The position numbers and the translations under genes are program-made. A DNA stretch of 64,000 nucleotides. It comes from Azolla caroliniana. Its lineage: Eukaryota; Plantae; Polypodiophyta. Positions within the stretch are counted from its first letter, which is position 1, and each line of letters opens with the position of its first letter. The DNA is taken from NCBI GenBank assembly GCA_043228905.1, contig JBHGNT010000001.1:28892001-28956000 (forward strand), in the 5' to 3' direction. Positions 40,550 through 54,400 of the stretch are shown piece after piece. Below the pieces are notes generated by a model. It worked only from the letters and a program-made list of their open reading frames with translations. It made no database searches and had not been told where the DNA came from.

Positions 40550-40990
40550 GAGCTCAGTTGGTAAGGTTGCCCAATGGAGACCAGGAGGTTATGGGTTCAA
40601 CCTCTACATTCCACCGTGGCATATAGTAAATTAAGAGATATATGTGGAGTAATAGAGAGGTGAGAGATTGGGTTTCGAACCCAAGATGGTTATGGGTTCA
40701 ACCTCTACATTCCACCGTGGCATATAGTAAATTAAGAGATATATGTGGAGTAATAGAGAGGTGAGAGATTGGGTTTCGAACCCAAGATGGTTATTGGTTC
40801 AACCTCTACATTCCACCGTGGCATATAGTAAATTAAGAGATATATGTGGAGTAATAGAGAGGTGAGAGATTGGGTTTCGAACCCAAGATGGTTATTGGTT
40901 CAACCTCTACATTCCACCGTGGCATATAGTAAATTAAGAGATATATGTGGAGTAATAGAGAGGTGAGAGATTGGGTTTCGAACCCAAGAT
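40550..40990 (+). repeat. tRNA-like SINE head followed by 4 x 101-bp tandem array
   Basis: A-box-like GAGCTCAGTTGGTAAG and B-box-like GGGTTCAACC; units start at 40587, 40688, 40789 and 40890 and differ at about one position. Confidence 0.85.
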
Positions 40991-41363
40991 GTAGTGCTTG
41001 TATTGTAACAAATTCCAATACATAAAAAAGAGAGAGGGAGAAGTACTAATGACAATGTTGTCACATTGTGCTTGGTATTAGGTAACAGAAGTGGTGATGA
41101 ATGTCATGTATTTCACACATACATACGTATACATAAATTATAACACACACACACACGTACGTTTTCACACACACACACACACACACATAGGAGAGAGAGA
41201 ATCTACCCGATTTGTGTGTGTATGTGTGAGCCTAACTAACAAACTTTGTTGGTGTGTGCCAAGTGAAAGAAAGTCTCCAGTATGAAGCAAGTGAAAGCTA
41301 AACTTAAAAGCCATGGCTCTCGTGAGTCGTGACAGTCCGCCCTTCTTCTATATAAAAAACATT

Positions 41364-41404
<41 letters not shown>

Positions 41405-41456
41405 ATTTTAGTTATGATGACCGGATAAATACACATTTTTGCTGTAAACCAATTGT

Positions 41457-41506
41457 CTCATGGGCCAATTTTGGCCTTAGAAGACGTTAATATATCTTTC
41501 TTTCTC
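41457..41506 (+). mobile_element. Very short RTE-LINE 3' tail
   Basis: CTCATGGGCCAATTTTGGCCTTAGAAGACGTTAATATATCTTTCTTTC. Confidence 0.6.
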
Positions 41507-41550
41507 TCTACATATACATATACGTACATACATACATACATACATATATG

Positions 41551-41587
<37 letters not shown>

Positions 41588-41608
41588 CAGAGAGGAAGAA
41601 GGAAGAGC

Positions 41609-42823
41609 ATGGCCATGGCAACTCACTCCATTGTGCCCACCATTGTATCGGTCTTGCTAATAAGCTTCTTATATTTAACGTGGCCTCCCTTTCAGCATTC
41701 GCATCTCCATGAAGCCATGGCAGAATCCTCATTGATTGGTAAGAGGAAGGCGGTCCTTCATGATGATCAGGCCTCCTCCTCCTCCTCTTCTTCCATGCCT
41801 AACGCTTATGATGTTCACACAGTCGTCTCTCCCAGAAACCCTAAGACAGGCTCCACCTCCACATCCCAGTTTGCTGTCTGTAAATTAGACCGCGCCCATG
41901 GTGGCGGGGACTGCTTTGGTAGGGTTCTGTATTGCCCATCTTCTTGCTTCTCCATCGCCACACATCATGACACTGACGATGAAGCGGCTACGTCCTATCG
42001 CAGCGCTAGCGTGGAGAGCCGGAAGACAGACGGAAGGGGTAAGAATATTGGCAAAGAGGATTACGACTATTACTACGATGACTATGACTACGGCACTCCC
42101 GGAGGAAATGGTGGGAGTGGTGGTCAGAATGGGGCTCCGGGGGCCCCTGGCAGTGGAGGAGGTGGTACTGGTGGTGGTGGTGGCCTCGGAGGAGCTGGAG
42201 GGGCTGCTTCACCTCCTGCTCAATCAACAATGCCAGGAAGACTGCCTACTCCGCCACGCCCACCACCAGGAGGAGGAGGAGGAGGTAGAAGAGGAGGCGG
42301 CGGAGGTTATGGTGGCCGTAGAAATGGCACCACCAGAGCAGCAGCAGCAGCAGCACCTCCTCCTCCTCCGCCAAGTGCGCCTAGAGACGGAGCTCCCGGT
42401 GCTCCAGGAGGAGGAGGAGGAGGAGCCGGTGGCCGTGGTGGTAATGGCGGCGACCGAAATGGAAATGGAGGAGGTGGTGGTGGTCAAGGTGGAAACGGTG
42501 GCGGTCAAGGTCAAGGCGGCCGGAATGGTAGTCCTGGGCGGGTTGGGAGCGGCGGTCAAGACGGCCAAAGTGGTAGTCCTGGGACGGTGGGGAGCGGCGG
42601 TCAAGGCGGTAATGGGGGTCAAGGAGGTGGTCAAGGCGGCGGGGGGAGGGGGGGTCGTGGAGGAGGTGGAGAAGGTCGGGGTGGGGTTAGAGAAGGAAGT
42701 TTGGAGGGAGAGACTTACAGTGGTGGTGGCCCAATGGCAGGGCAAGTACTAGGTAATGCTAATGGTCATGGTAATGGTGGTTGCATGTATGATTGTGTTA
42801 CCGAGTGCCGCGCATTCTGTTAA
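41609..42823 (+). CDS. Secreted/cell-wall glycine-rich protein with split Cys-rich domain (AT4G21620-like family)
   Basis: Single 404-aa ORF; hydrophobic N-terminus; VC...GDCFGRVLYCPSSCF and terminal GGCMYDCVTECRAFC bracket a ~280-aa Gly/Pro-rich insert. Confidence 0.8.
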   Translation: MAMATHSIVPTIVSVLLISFLYLTWPPFQHSHLHEAMAESSLIGKRKAVLHDDQASSSSSSSMPNAYDVHTVVSPRNPKTGSTSTSQFAVCKLDRAHGGGDCFGRVLYCPSSCFSIATHHDTDDEAATSYRSASVESRKTDGRGKNIGKEDYDYYYDDYDYGTPGGNGGSGGQNGAPGAPGSGGGGTGGGGGLGGAGGAASPPAQSTMPGRLPTPPRPPPGGGGGGRRGGGGGYGGRRNGTTRAAAAAAPPPPPPSAPRDGAPGAPGGGGGGAGGRGGNGGDRNGNGGGGGGQGGNGGGQGQGGRNGSPGRVGSGGQDGQSGSPGTVGSGGQGGNGGQGGGQGGGGRGGRGGGGEGRGGVREGSLEGETYSGGGPMAGQVLGNANGHGNGGCMYDCVTECRAFC

Positions 42824-45405
42824 GATCACCACCACCACCACCATTTCCTGATGCCCTGACCACTATTTTACTACTATCACCTCAATTCAGAGCATGTGAT
42901 CACTTACTTAGCCACTCATTCTGTCTTTTTGTTCCACCTACCACATACTTTAGAGAGTATTATTTTATTACTCGCCTCCCCGTCTGAGTAGTTTTCTCTG
43001 CGCTCTTTCAGTTCCTTCCACCAATTCGCGGTCTCAAAACATTTTCCCCAGGAAGGCTTCGGGGTTGTAGAAAATCTGGATTCTGAATTATTCCCAATGT
43101 AAGCCATATTTAATAAGAAGAACTTGTACATTTGCATCAGAACTTGCATTTTTTTTCTTTTTTTTTTTAACCCGTGTACTCTCAAAAACTGAAGTTAGTT
43201 AAGTTAGTAAAACCGCATTAATATGAATTCAAACTTATTCCTATCCTGGTGTGTGGAAGGAAATCAGGGCCATTGTTTTTTTCATCCCCTTGGCTCTTGG
43301 GTTGTGAAAACTCAAGTTTTGTTGTTTCTTAACCCCCCTTGGCTTGGGTTGTGAAAACTCAAGTTATGAATCCAAACTCTTAAGGATGACAATCCTACTA
43401 TCTTTAATAACTCTCGTGTCCCGACCCCGCTTTGTTTTTGACAAAGCAACTCCGGCGTGGGACTCTTCTAAGGTGATGTGCCATCATGGTCTCGCGACTT
43501 TGTCTGTCCATGGCATAAACTTCACATTTAGATTGGGTGGGTAAATGAAAAATACATAGGATTATTCTATTTAAGAATTTCATGAAATTTATACACTACT
43601 GCTTCCTTATTGTGATCAAGTCAAGAATATTATTTGCTAGAGGAATTGTTGCCATGTTGATGATGTGTGGTAAGTATCTCTTGCGGCAACACTAAATTTG
43701 TTCATGCATTGAACATGAATAACTCAAATTGTATGTGCTTAAAACTATATTGTCACGATTTGTATGAAAGGCTAATGGCATCACCTACAATTTGGGAAAA
43801 TTGTTGGTAAGTAAAAAGATCCAACTTCAAGATGTCAATTTGTTTGTGGTACCACTTTGTAACATCCTCTATAGGAAGGACAAAAATAATTGTTTGTAAT
43901 ACAGAAACACAAGTGTTTACGAGTTAACAAATTGTAAACAAGTTCTCTTTGTCATAACAAATAGCAAATTGGTTTTGGCTAATTTATTTGCCATATCATC
44001 ATTAAAGACCATGATTAAATTTACAAGTGATATTTAGATAATCGTATGATTCACCATGTCTAATACTAGTAATTAATCAATGTATGATGCATTGGGATTA
44101 CTAGATATGACATCTATTAGTTATTGTCAAGATTAGATCAAGCATTAAGTTGATAATAGTAGCAACCCTCTTTTCAACTTTTTCCTATGGTGTCTTCATT
44201 ACCACAATGTATGACAGGAGCCTTTAGCCATACATTCCATGCTTTCCTTCTCTTGTGATACCAATGCGTCTACATGAGGTCAATGTCTTCTAGGAAAGAA
44301 TTTGAAAATGACCAAAGAGGTTTCTACTAATGCCATACCTATAACCAATGCAATACATGTTCCTACTTTAAATTGGATCACATCCCATTGAGATCATAGC
44401 CATGGAAAGGGTGATTGAGTACATGATTAAGATGTTGATCACCACATCAACTCAATTGACACAAGCAAGTTTTAGATAGATGGAAGATATGAGAAATGGT
44501 TTGGAAATAGAAGATTCACTTTTTCTTCACAATGTGTTAATAGATTCTTTCATGAATGAGGTCTTTTTGCAACACCAATGTACCACGTGGGAAAGATGAG
44601 TAGGTTCATCTTTCACATAATATTACACGAGTTGTACTAAACTACAAAACTTCCAAAAAGGAAACCACCCAGCAATACATGCTAGAGCACGTGCCTTTGT
44701 TAGCCATTCACACCAGTGCTTCAATATGAGTTAAATCACATTCTCTTCAATGGGGCTTGACCATGCATATTTTTCCCTAGATTGGTGGAAGTAGCATTGC
44801 TTGATAGAATGTACTATAATCAACCAATTCAAGTGTGTCAATCCAATCCACTCTCTACACATTCCTCTCAATATTACAATGTGTACTCCATTCCGATGTT
44901 TATTAGTGGAACTCTTGAGCCTTCAGTCACACTACTAAATATATAAAAATGATTCAGTTTTGGTTCCATTGATCATATTTAATATGTAATAAGTCAAGTA
45001 TCTTGACAACTTGCTCTAACCATTGTTCTGACTACTTTTGTCTAAATCTGTGAAAATTTTGATCAAATCTTTATCTCAGGAAAAGAAATCACAAGCTCAA
45101 CTGACCTGACATAAACATACATAACTAAGTTCCTTGTGGTGAACAGATAACACCATCTATATAACTGAAAGATTTTTGAATAAAAGGTAATAAGCAGTTG
45201 GAATCATGCCTTCCAATTATATTCCATCCTTATTTATAATGATCTGGAAGTGAACCCTTCCACAGTGATTACTGCAATACTGTAACATGGTCATCTCAGA
45301 CATCTGTATCACAAAACCTCGTATCACAAAACCTTGTTGAACGCCTCTTGAAAGGAACGCGTTAGATGCATGAGAAGGAGAAATGAACTTGTTAGTGAAC
45401 AAAAC

Positions 45406-48400
45406 TTATTTCCCAGCTTTTGAAAATAGGAATCTTGAGAGTAATGTCCGAGGAGCATCTTGAGAGGTTGAAGTTGCTCCTGGCACAAGATCATACACTT
45501 CTTGGCACTTCCTCATCTACAGAAAAGAAGAAAGAAATAAGGTTAAAAAGTCTACGAAGTTGTCAATTTGTACCAAATTGTCTACAAATTAAGGCAACAA
45601 TTGAGAAGAAAGAGATAAAAAATGAGTGGGAAAAATGGTGAATTTGCACAAAATTGACTGCTCATGAAAGCTTAAGAATTTCATACTTCCTCAGGGCTGA
45701 ACTGTAACAACATTGCAATTACAGGTAGCAAGGCCTCTACTTCACCTGTAACCAAAGAACTTTTTTAAATCATCAAAATTTTGAAAATCTACTATTTTTT
45801 GTCTTAGAACATTATAAGAAAATATAGTGCAATGAATACCAGTCTCTAAAAGTTTCATGATAACATTTTTCAGGTATGTCATATCCACACCCTCTCGCTT
45901 CATAGACCGTTCCAGATTCCTTAGCTCTTCTTTCAGAGCTGATTCCTGCATGCACACATGGGATACATGCATTGCTTAAATACATAGAGAACAGGCCATT
46001 ATTGAGAATCAAGATGAGAAACCACAGACTATAAGAGGTTAAACTTATAAATATCAGAAAAAGAAGGAAATAAAATGTGATGAATGCATAGACACCACTA
46101 AAATAAGTTATGCTCTTAAAACTAAAAAAAGTATTTATAAACAAGGAAATATGTATCCATATGTATTTCCCCTTGAACGATGCATACATATTTCCTTGCG
46201 TATAAATAATCAGTTTCGCCAGTTAAAACACATTTTAAATCTCAACCAAACCAGTTAATCTGCAGTTTCACGATTTGGTTTACTCAAGCCAAACAGTTGC
46301 CAATTTCTACCTGAGAGATTCTCTTTGGATCCATTATTTTATGCTTTTCCCTAGAGAACCAAGAATACAAGTGCAAAACCAACATATAGTATCCAACCTC
46401 ATGTCGTCTGAGTAACATGAGAATTGCAGATAACTCAAGTAGACTAGACTGAGAACTGCATCCTATCAAAACAAACCCTCACTAGTTTTTGTATTTCTGA
46501 ATCTGTCCATTGAAGTGTTAACTATCTTGGACAGCTCTACCATTCTGCTTTCATTTCATCTTCCCTTTTAGAGTTTCCTTAGTTCCTTTTTTTATCTCAA
46601 GTGAAGAATTAAAAGCATCAAGCAAAATAGACAATAACCAATACAGAAAATACTAATAAGAGAATAAAACAGTGCTGCTGATCTCATAGCAAACAGCATA
46701 TACTCATGAGACAATGAGCATATAGTAGATGGTTTGAAACCCCAGAATTGACGAATGTATACCTGCTGTGCATGAAGGCGATTCTCATGTTCCAACTCAA
46801 CAATTTCGTCCTGTGATGAAGTACTTAAGTACTCAATACATATTCTAAGGCATTTTCACATTGCTTAAAGCAGAAATGCAGAAATATATTCATTGCATTA
46901 CTTGCAAAGCTTGAATATGGCGGTGGCACTGTGTCAGCTCTTCTTCTCTCTGTGCTTGCTGCCTGGCTAAAATCTATGTAACAAAAATTTGAAACTTCAA
47001 AACGGATATATTGGTATTAGAGTACAGAATATAGACTGCCACACAAATAGGCCTACCAAAATCTGTTGCTCTCCTGTTTCAATGCTGGAAAGGGAAGTAT
47101 CATCTAGATTTCTCTCTGTATTTTTATGTAAGTTTAATTTTCAAAACTTTCATGTATCACATGGAGTTCGTATAGAAACAATAGAAAAGTATAAATTGAT
47201 TCTTACCTCTGTTTGATGCAAAACTCCCTGCAGCCTGTAACGTAAAAAAATGAAAAACTCAATTCAAGCCTTGAAGATTCTCAACAACCTCTTTAAAAAT
47301 CATATGAATGCTTAATGGACAAAGTTATATTCTGGAATCATAATATGGAGACAATACAAATATTGCGGTTATAAATAGTAGCAGTGGGATATTCCTTGTT
47401 GAGAACACTGTTAATATGATCAGCAGAAGTCAAACCAATTTAAAAGCCCATTTGCCATTTCCTTCGGACATTCCCTAAACTTAAGATCATCTGGAAAGTA
47501 ATATTTATGCACTGTCACAAAAAAACAAAACAAAACAAATTTAAGAAGCAGACCAACCTTAGATGCATCAATAACTTTCTGCATGTCACCGATTTGTTCT
47601 AAAAGATGAGTGATTTCTTTATCCTTGGATTCCAACATATTATTTGCCATTTGTTGAAACGAAAAATGTTCATCCTGGAAGTTCATATGCACATGGACAT
47701 ACTAATAAATGCTATGGACCAATGAAAAGGATCTCATTTAAATTGGCTAATATTACCTTGAAATGAGTATAGCTTTCCTTGAGTGAGATGTTCTCCTGTT
47801 CTAACTTATCGTATATTGCACCCTTCTGTTGCAGAGTATTGTATTTATCTGAACTCAAGTAATACAACGTCATTACATAATTTGGGGTAAGTTTTTGCAA
47901 AATGCATGTTATATGCTAGTGTTTCTCACTCACTCCACTTACAATGAAGGAATGATCTGCAATTAGGAGTTCATACACGAAAGCAAGACAATGAGGTGAT
48001 GTTCATAACAAAGAGAAATACTTCTGGTAGATGTGATGTTCACTTGCACAGCATGAGTGTCCATAAAAGTATCCATGCAAATCTGCCTAGGTGGGATCAG
48101 CGACTGCAAATCTCCTCCTATATTTTTGTCGCTTTATCTCTAAAAGTAAGAGGACAAAGCAACTCTGATCATTGTATTCCATCGGTCAACAGAGAGGTTC
48201 AAATCCTCCTCTAAAGGGACAATGTTATCTTCTTCTGATCTCATAAATGATTGGGTAATGACGTACATACTACTCCATCAGATTCGACTTCTTGATTGCA
48301 AAGCTGACAGATGCAGTCTTCAAAATCTATACAAGGATATGATCCAGAATCTCTCCTCCGTTAATGAGATGATACTTGGACCTGTCCTATCGCTGTGTGA

Positions 48401-51400
48401 AAGGCATGTGTGTTTTCATATGCTCGTCTTGAATAATGAGACCATTTGGGGATATGTAATAAGAGGGAAGAGGAACTCATAATTGTGCTTAGTTGCAGTC
48501 TTGGATTTATCATCCTCATCACTTTATTTCTGTCTGACTTAGTCACACACAAACATGGGCAATCAAGGCTATGCTCAAATGTTCGAAGTGCATATATATT
48601 CATGCATGTACTTGGAACCAATCTCTCAGTTTTGAATACCAACAATTGGTCTTGCATTCCTCCGCTAGTTTTATAGATGAAGCAAGAGCTAGTTTGGATA
48701 GCAATGCCTAGGTAATTCGAGATTCAAGGAGATAGAGAGGTTTAGTAACTAAGTTCAGATAATTCATCTATACAGGGATTCTATCCAGGGAAAGAAGAAC
48801 AGGAATGGAAATGTTCCCTTAAAAGGTGTTTGACAAGATATTCAAGGAATTGATGATCCATTCGAGTATAATTTGAAACAATTAGGCCATTGATGATGAA
48901 ATCAACTCATTACTGTGAATGTAAACCAAGGAAATGAAAATCAATACCTTCCCATTCTGCATTTATTTCATCTATACGACTTTGCCAAGACTCTTGTTCC
49001 AGAACCAAACGTGTTTTTGTGGATTCAAGCTTTGTAGCTAGTTCACGAATCTTCTGTTCGGCATCCAGTAATGCAACAGATCTGAAAATCATACTCTTAA
49101 AAATGGAGATTCAAATTAAATCTTGGCAAGATATTGGCATCATAAAAACTTCAGAATCCTGAACCTTGCAGCAAGCTGGCTTTCATGCTCTGTCATCAGA
49201 TCCTTCAACCTTTTCACTGCACGGTCTCTTTCTGTGGTAGCTGTAGCTGCCAAATTTTGTGCGTCCTGTATGTACAGGAGTTCAATTTTAGAAAGCATGC
49301 CTTCCTTATTCCAAATATCAAAATCACTGAAGCCTTTGTGAAATCACCTTTAGAGCTGCTTCCTGTGCAGCCAACCATTCAGCATCTTTTGCAGCAGACA
49401 GCTCAGCTTCTTTCTTTTGGAGTAGAGAATATGCTCTCAGTTTGTATGCATTGAAATCCTTTTCTATAAGAATTGCCTGTACAAATCAAAATACAATTTA
49501 TGCACTCGAACGTGTTACTTAGACCCTTCTAAAACGAATCTATTGAGTCGAACCTGCTCTCTACAAGCATCCCGTTCTGCCTCAGCTACACTCAAGGCCT
49601 GCCGAACACCCTGGAGTTCAGATTCCATTTGACCTATCATGGCCATCAACATGCTTTTTGCTTAACACCAGTCTCTGATAAAAAAATTCTATCAGGAAAT
49701 AGATGTTTACTTTTCTCTCTTGCAGTTATTATCTGATGTTGTAAATAAGACTTCTCACTTTCCTCCAGCTTCAACTTCACAACTTCCAATGTGGCATCCC
49801 AAGTTTCACGCTCTTTCCTCTATCATTTCGAGAAACAAAACTACAAACTGAGTGAAAATTCATTCTGGACATTTCAGAAAGCATAAAAGATTTCATACCC
49901 TAAAGATATGCATTACCACCAATCTACCATAATTCATCATACAATTGTTCTTGAGTAAGTTCTGGAATTGATGGCAGAAGCTTAATCTTGTTTTATTGTT
50001 CCCTCTCTTCTTTAATCTATCGTTCACAGTGCCCATTTCAATATTTATTATCCTATTTATCTTTTACTGTATGCACAGATCAAGGGTGTAGTAGAACAAT
50101 CTAGAGAGGAGATGGAAAATAGGCCTTTTATTAGGAAAAATCTGATTTTGGCGCTGAAATATGAAAAATGACACAACAATTGGTTCACTTAGAAAGGAGC
50201 CATGATGTCCAAATCAATCATCCTTTCAAATCAATTGTTAGAGTCAATGACGGGGTAATCAAAATATTCTGGACAGGCTCACAAAGTCCAATTCATTTTC
50301 TGCATCTGTATCAGCTCTTCAGTTTTGTCCCTATGACAGGAAAGAGATCAGTGTCATTCATCCTACAATATTACAGCCAGGAAACGCATACAAATGCTGC
50401 TTGTCAATTTCTTTGCTAGCTGACAAAGTTATCTCTTTCTAATTCAGTCTTGCTAAAATTACAGAATTTCTTAAACCTTTCACATTCATATGATAAGAAC
50501 TTAGAGAGGACTTGTTCTGCAAGTTTTTTGGAAAGGATACTTTGCGCAAAACATTTAATAAGATTGTCAAATTTAGCTCATATTACTTCATCTGAAACAT
50601 GGTAGAAAACAACCACTAATTACATTCTGCACCATTTATTTGTGCACCTCTCCTTGTCTCATACATGTTCTTGTTCAACCCGTGCTAGTTCCCCTCGAGC
50701 AGATTCCAAAGATGCAGTGAGACGTATCGCCTCTCCAGATGATGTGGCATCCAGCTCAGCAATATGTGCCTCCTTTTGAGCCAGTTGAATCTGCATGCCA
50801 GTTAAACACTTCAGACGTTTCTGCAAACTTTTGATTAAAGCTAAAATGAGTAGTCTTTTTTACCTGCAAGGTAGCCGTGGTTTCAGCTGACTTGGTTCGT
50901 TCAAGGATTGCATCCGCTAACTGAGATTCAAGATCTTCAATTACCTGAAACAAATGCTCAAAATAGAGAATCTCGATACATCATTACCCACGTAAATCAG
51001 AGTCAAACACGTAATGAAAGACCAAGAATTACTTTAAACAAAGATACAAAACCAAGGTTATTTTAGAAAAATTTAATTCGATCAGCTCTTAAACTGGAAA
51101 CATGCATGGAAATACATTTGATGCATAACTACATGTGTCTAGTGTAATACATGACGTAAACATTACAAATAAACATATTCATATGTGCATAATCATTCAA
51201 ATAAGCCCGTAGTCAAAACCTTCTGATGTTTTGACACCACATCAGCAACAATAGCACCATGTTTTTCCTCCACCTCCATCAATTTGTCTGTCAGCTCATT
51301 AACTACCTAAGGAAGAAAGCAACAAGAGAATTCACTTTTATTGCCGAGATATAAGTTTTAGAAAAATGGAGTCAATACAGATGTAGAATGCTTGGCACTT

Positions 51401-54400
51401 AAATTCATGCAAATGCAGTTTCCATACATACGCATGTTACATTGAAGTTAAACCTGTTCTTTTTCAAATGTAATTTGTTGTGCTTCTTTATGTTCTCTCT
51501 CTTTCGTCTCCAAATTGCGTTCAAGGTCCTCAATAAACTCCTTTTGTCTGACATTTCAGACACAAACCAAAAAAAAGGATTAGATTCATACCTGGATGCT
51601 TGTAAAAGAAATCCTAAGATGTGTACATGGTATATTTAATCATTATCCTATGCATACTTCATACTAGTGCCTAATGAATGGAGATCTATCTCTATCTTGC
51701 CTACTATATCCAAAGGTTCAATTAAATGTACACTTATTTTCTGAAAAGAAAAATCTGTGTTGTAGAATATACATAGAACCTATGTGTCACATACAGAAAA
51801 TGCATAGATTTATCAACATGTACAAAACAGAAAATGCATAGATTTATCAACAAGGTTTAAATAGCTTATAATTTCGACACAAAACAGAAAATGCATAGAT
51901 TTATCAACAAGATTTAAATAGCTTATAATTTTAACAAAGTGCTCTAAGGAAGATTAACAAATGAAACAAACAAAACAGAAAATGCAATGAAAACAAACAA
52001 AATAGAAAATGCATAGATTTATCAACAAGATTTAAATAGCTTATAATTTTGACATAGTGCTCTAAGGAAGATTAAAAAATGAAACAAAGTGAACCAACTA
52101 TCTACAGCTTTAGGCTACGTGAATGATCATCTCACTTGTTATTAGCAATCCGGAGCTGTTGCCTTTCAGCATCTAATGTACGAAGAGCTTCACCAGCTTG
52201 TGCCCGTACTCGCTCTAAATCATGTTGCAGTGAGGTACACTGTGATAATGCCTGAGATGCTTTCTCTGAAGCAGCAGCCAGCTGAGATTCAACGTCTTCT
52301 TTCTCCTGAAATGTAATAATATTCTTTCTCATACTTAATTTAGGTCCCTTAAATGAAAACTAATTGCTCTTCATGGCTGCAAGCATTCAGATGAACATTA
52401 GGAAATATATAAACTAAAATAGCACATTGGAAGCCTCAAATTGAAATATATGTTTTCGATAAACATGTTCTTACCTTCTGCATCTCCTGAATTCGTTGTT
52501 TTGCACGTTTCTGCAGTTTTCCAAACTTAGCATCAAGTTCTGTATACTTCTTATCCCGTGCTGTAATTTCGTTTTCCATCTTTTTTTGGGCTGAAATAAC
52601 AAAAAGCACAACATAATCTTCACATAACCTCCTAGAATATGGATTTCCATTAAACATAGTGAAATTCCTCAAAGAAACAAACCTTCTGCAAGTTCCAATG
52701 CTAATGTCTCTGCTCTTTGTTCAGCACCTGAGAGGGACTCACGAAGCTCTGCAACTAGTTTCCCTGATTCTGAAAGTGCAAGATGGTTCTGCTGCAATTG
52801 CTGCCTTAACTTTGTTACCTCTTCATACGAATTACCATTACATTCTGCCACTTGCTCTTGAAAATCTTCCATTTTCCTTGGTTGTTTATTCTCCTCCAGC
52901 TCAACTAAATCTGCTTCTGTGTCAGCTAAAGGAGTCTCTCCTTTTCCCATCTCAAAGCCATTTGAATGATTTGGACTCAGATCCTCGCCAGTATCGTGGT
53001 AATCTGGAGGCACTGTCATCGGGGAAGAAATTTCTATATCATTATTCGGACCATTAGGATCTGATACTGCAACATTGTCCTTTAATTCTGACAGGGGTAT
53101 TGTCTGTTCCTCTGACTGTTCAAGCTTCTCAACCAGGAGCAAAACCAGATACCATTTAAATTCATTAGCTACAAAAAATGAATACTTTTATCTACAGAAA
53201 GAGGTTTCTACGCTTTTTATTTTTTATACAGAGAAACTTAAAGTAAAACGTCTAAAACAAACTCACAGGCTCTTGCCTTGTCAAACCTTACGGTTATTAA
53301 ATCTCATTTTGGCCTCTTAATAGACATTAATATAACTTTCTTTGTTTCTTTCATCGGGCAATGGCAATTTGCCGTGCACATAGGCCCCGGCCCCATGGAC
53401 CACGACCTCGACACCCTTGTCATCGACAGATAAAAGCCATTATCTCCTGCCATCGTAGGTGCTTCCCTCGCTTTGGAGACATTTCCATTTTGGATCGACC
53501 TAGGATAGAGATCTTTCGAAGACAAAAGCTACAATATACCTAACTTGAGAATCTCACATGTGCCAAAACCAGATTCCCTCGTCTCTTTTCTTTTCATCTT
53601 ATTTACTTTTATATTTACTGTGTAATATTTACTTTATTTTGATTTGTTCTCAAAGACGAGAAAACACTTAAGATGTAATCTCTTATTTGGTCTTATAGGC
53701 CATTTTGGCCTCTTAAAAGACGTTAATATATCTTTCTTTCTTTCTTTCTTTCTTTCAGAGCCCAGTCAATTCTTAATCCTGCATAAGTCACATTCCTCCA
53801 GAGATGAAGGTGAAAAATTGCCTCACTGTCCTCTTCAGAGAATCACTCATTGACTCTTCTTTCTCCGCATGAGGGAGAGACAAAATTCACATATCATTGA
53901 CCTCTGCCAGCAGTCCAGCCCACTACACATCGTAACTGGTGCAAGCATAGGCAACAAAATGCATATTTAAAGCTACATATACCCACCCTGTTGTCCAGAG
54001 GACAGAAATGTAAAATTAGGAAATTAGCAAACGCCGAGTCCGAGTATCACGGGCCACCGACGGCTCGGCGGTGTATTAGGGGAAAGGTTATTTAAACGAG
54101 GAGCAGTACCTCAGAGAAGGGGGAGAAGAAAACTATTGGCGGAAGCACTAGCTTAGTCATTCGCAATTAGATAAACTCATAAGGTCACCGGCCATAGGCC
54201 GTGTTCTGTAATCTTTTCTGTCATAGTAATATCTGATTTGTGCCTATTTTTGCTGCATGAGTCTGTGCTTTGATCCATACCTATGAGTTTTACGCTGCCA
54301 CGTCTATCAAGACCTCGCTAGTGTTTTCTCTCTGAGCCCTGTATCTCTCTCGACGCCTCTGTTACGAGCCTTCACGTACCACGCCCTTGAAGACCGATAG

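Noticed and set aside
40550-40615. Functional tRNA gene
   Set aside because: A- and B-box-like motifs are present but I could not form an acceptor stem or cloverleaf; treated as a SINE-like head.
40587-40990. CRISPR-like array
   Set aside because: Units are near-identical throughout with no unique spacers, no cas genes, and the context is eukaryotic.
41898-42752. 284-aa overlapping + ORF and 173-aa antisense ORF in the glycine-rich gene
   Set aside because: Expected shadows of GGN-rich low-complexity codons; no independent domain or signal.
43700-44950. Possible decayed transposon with minus-strand TGGTATCA near 44255
   Set aside because: Short match, no adjacent LTR pair and no recognisable protein motif.
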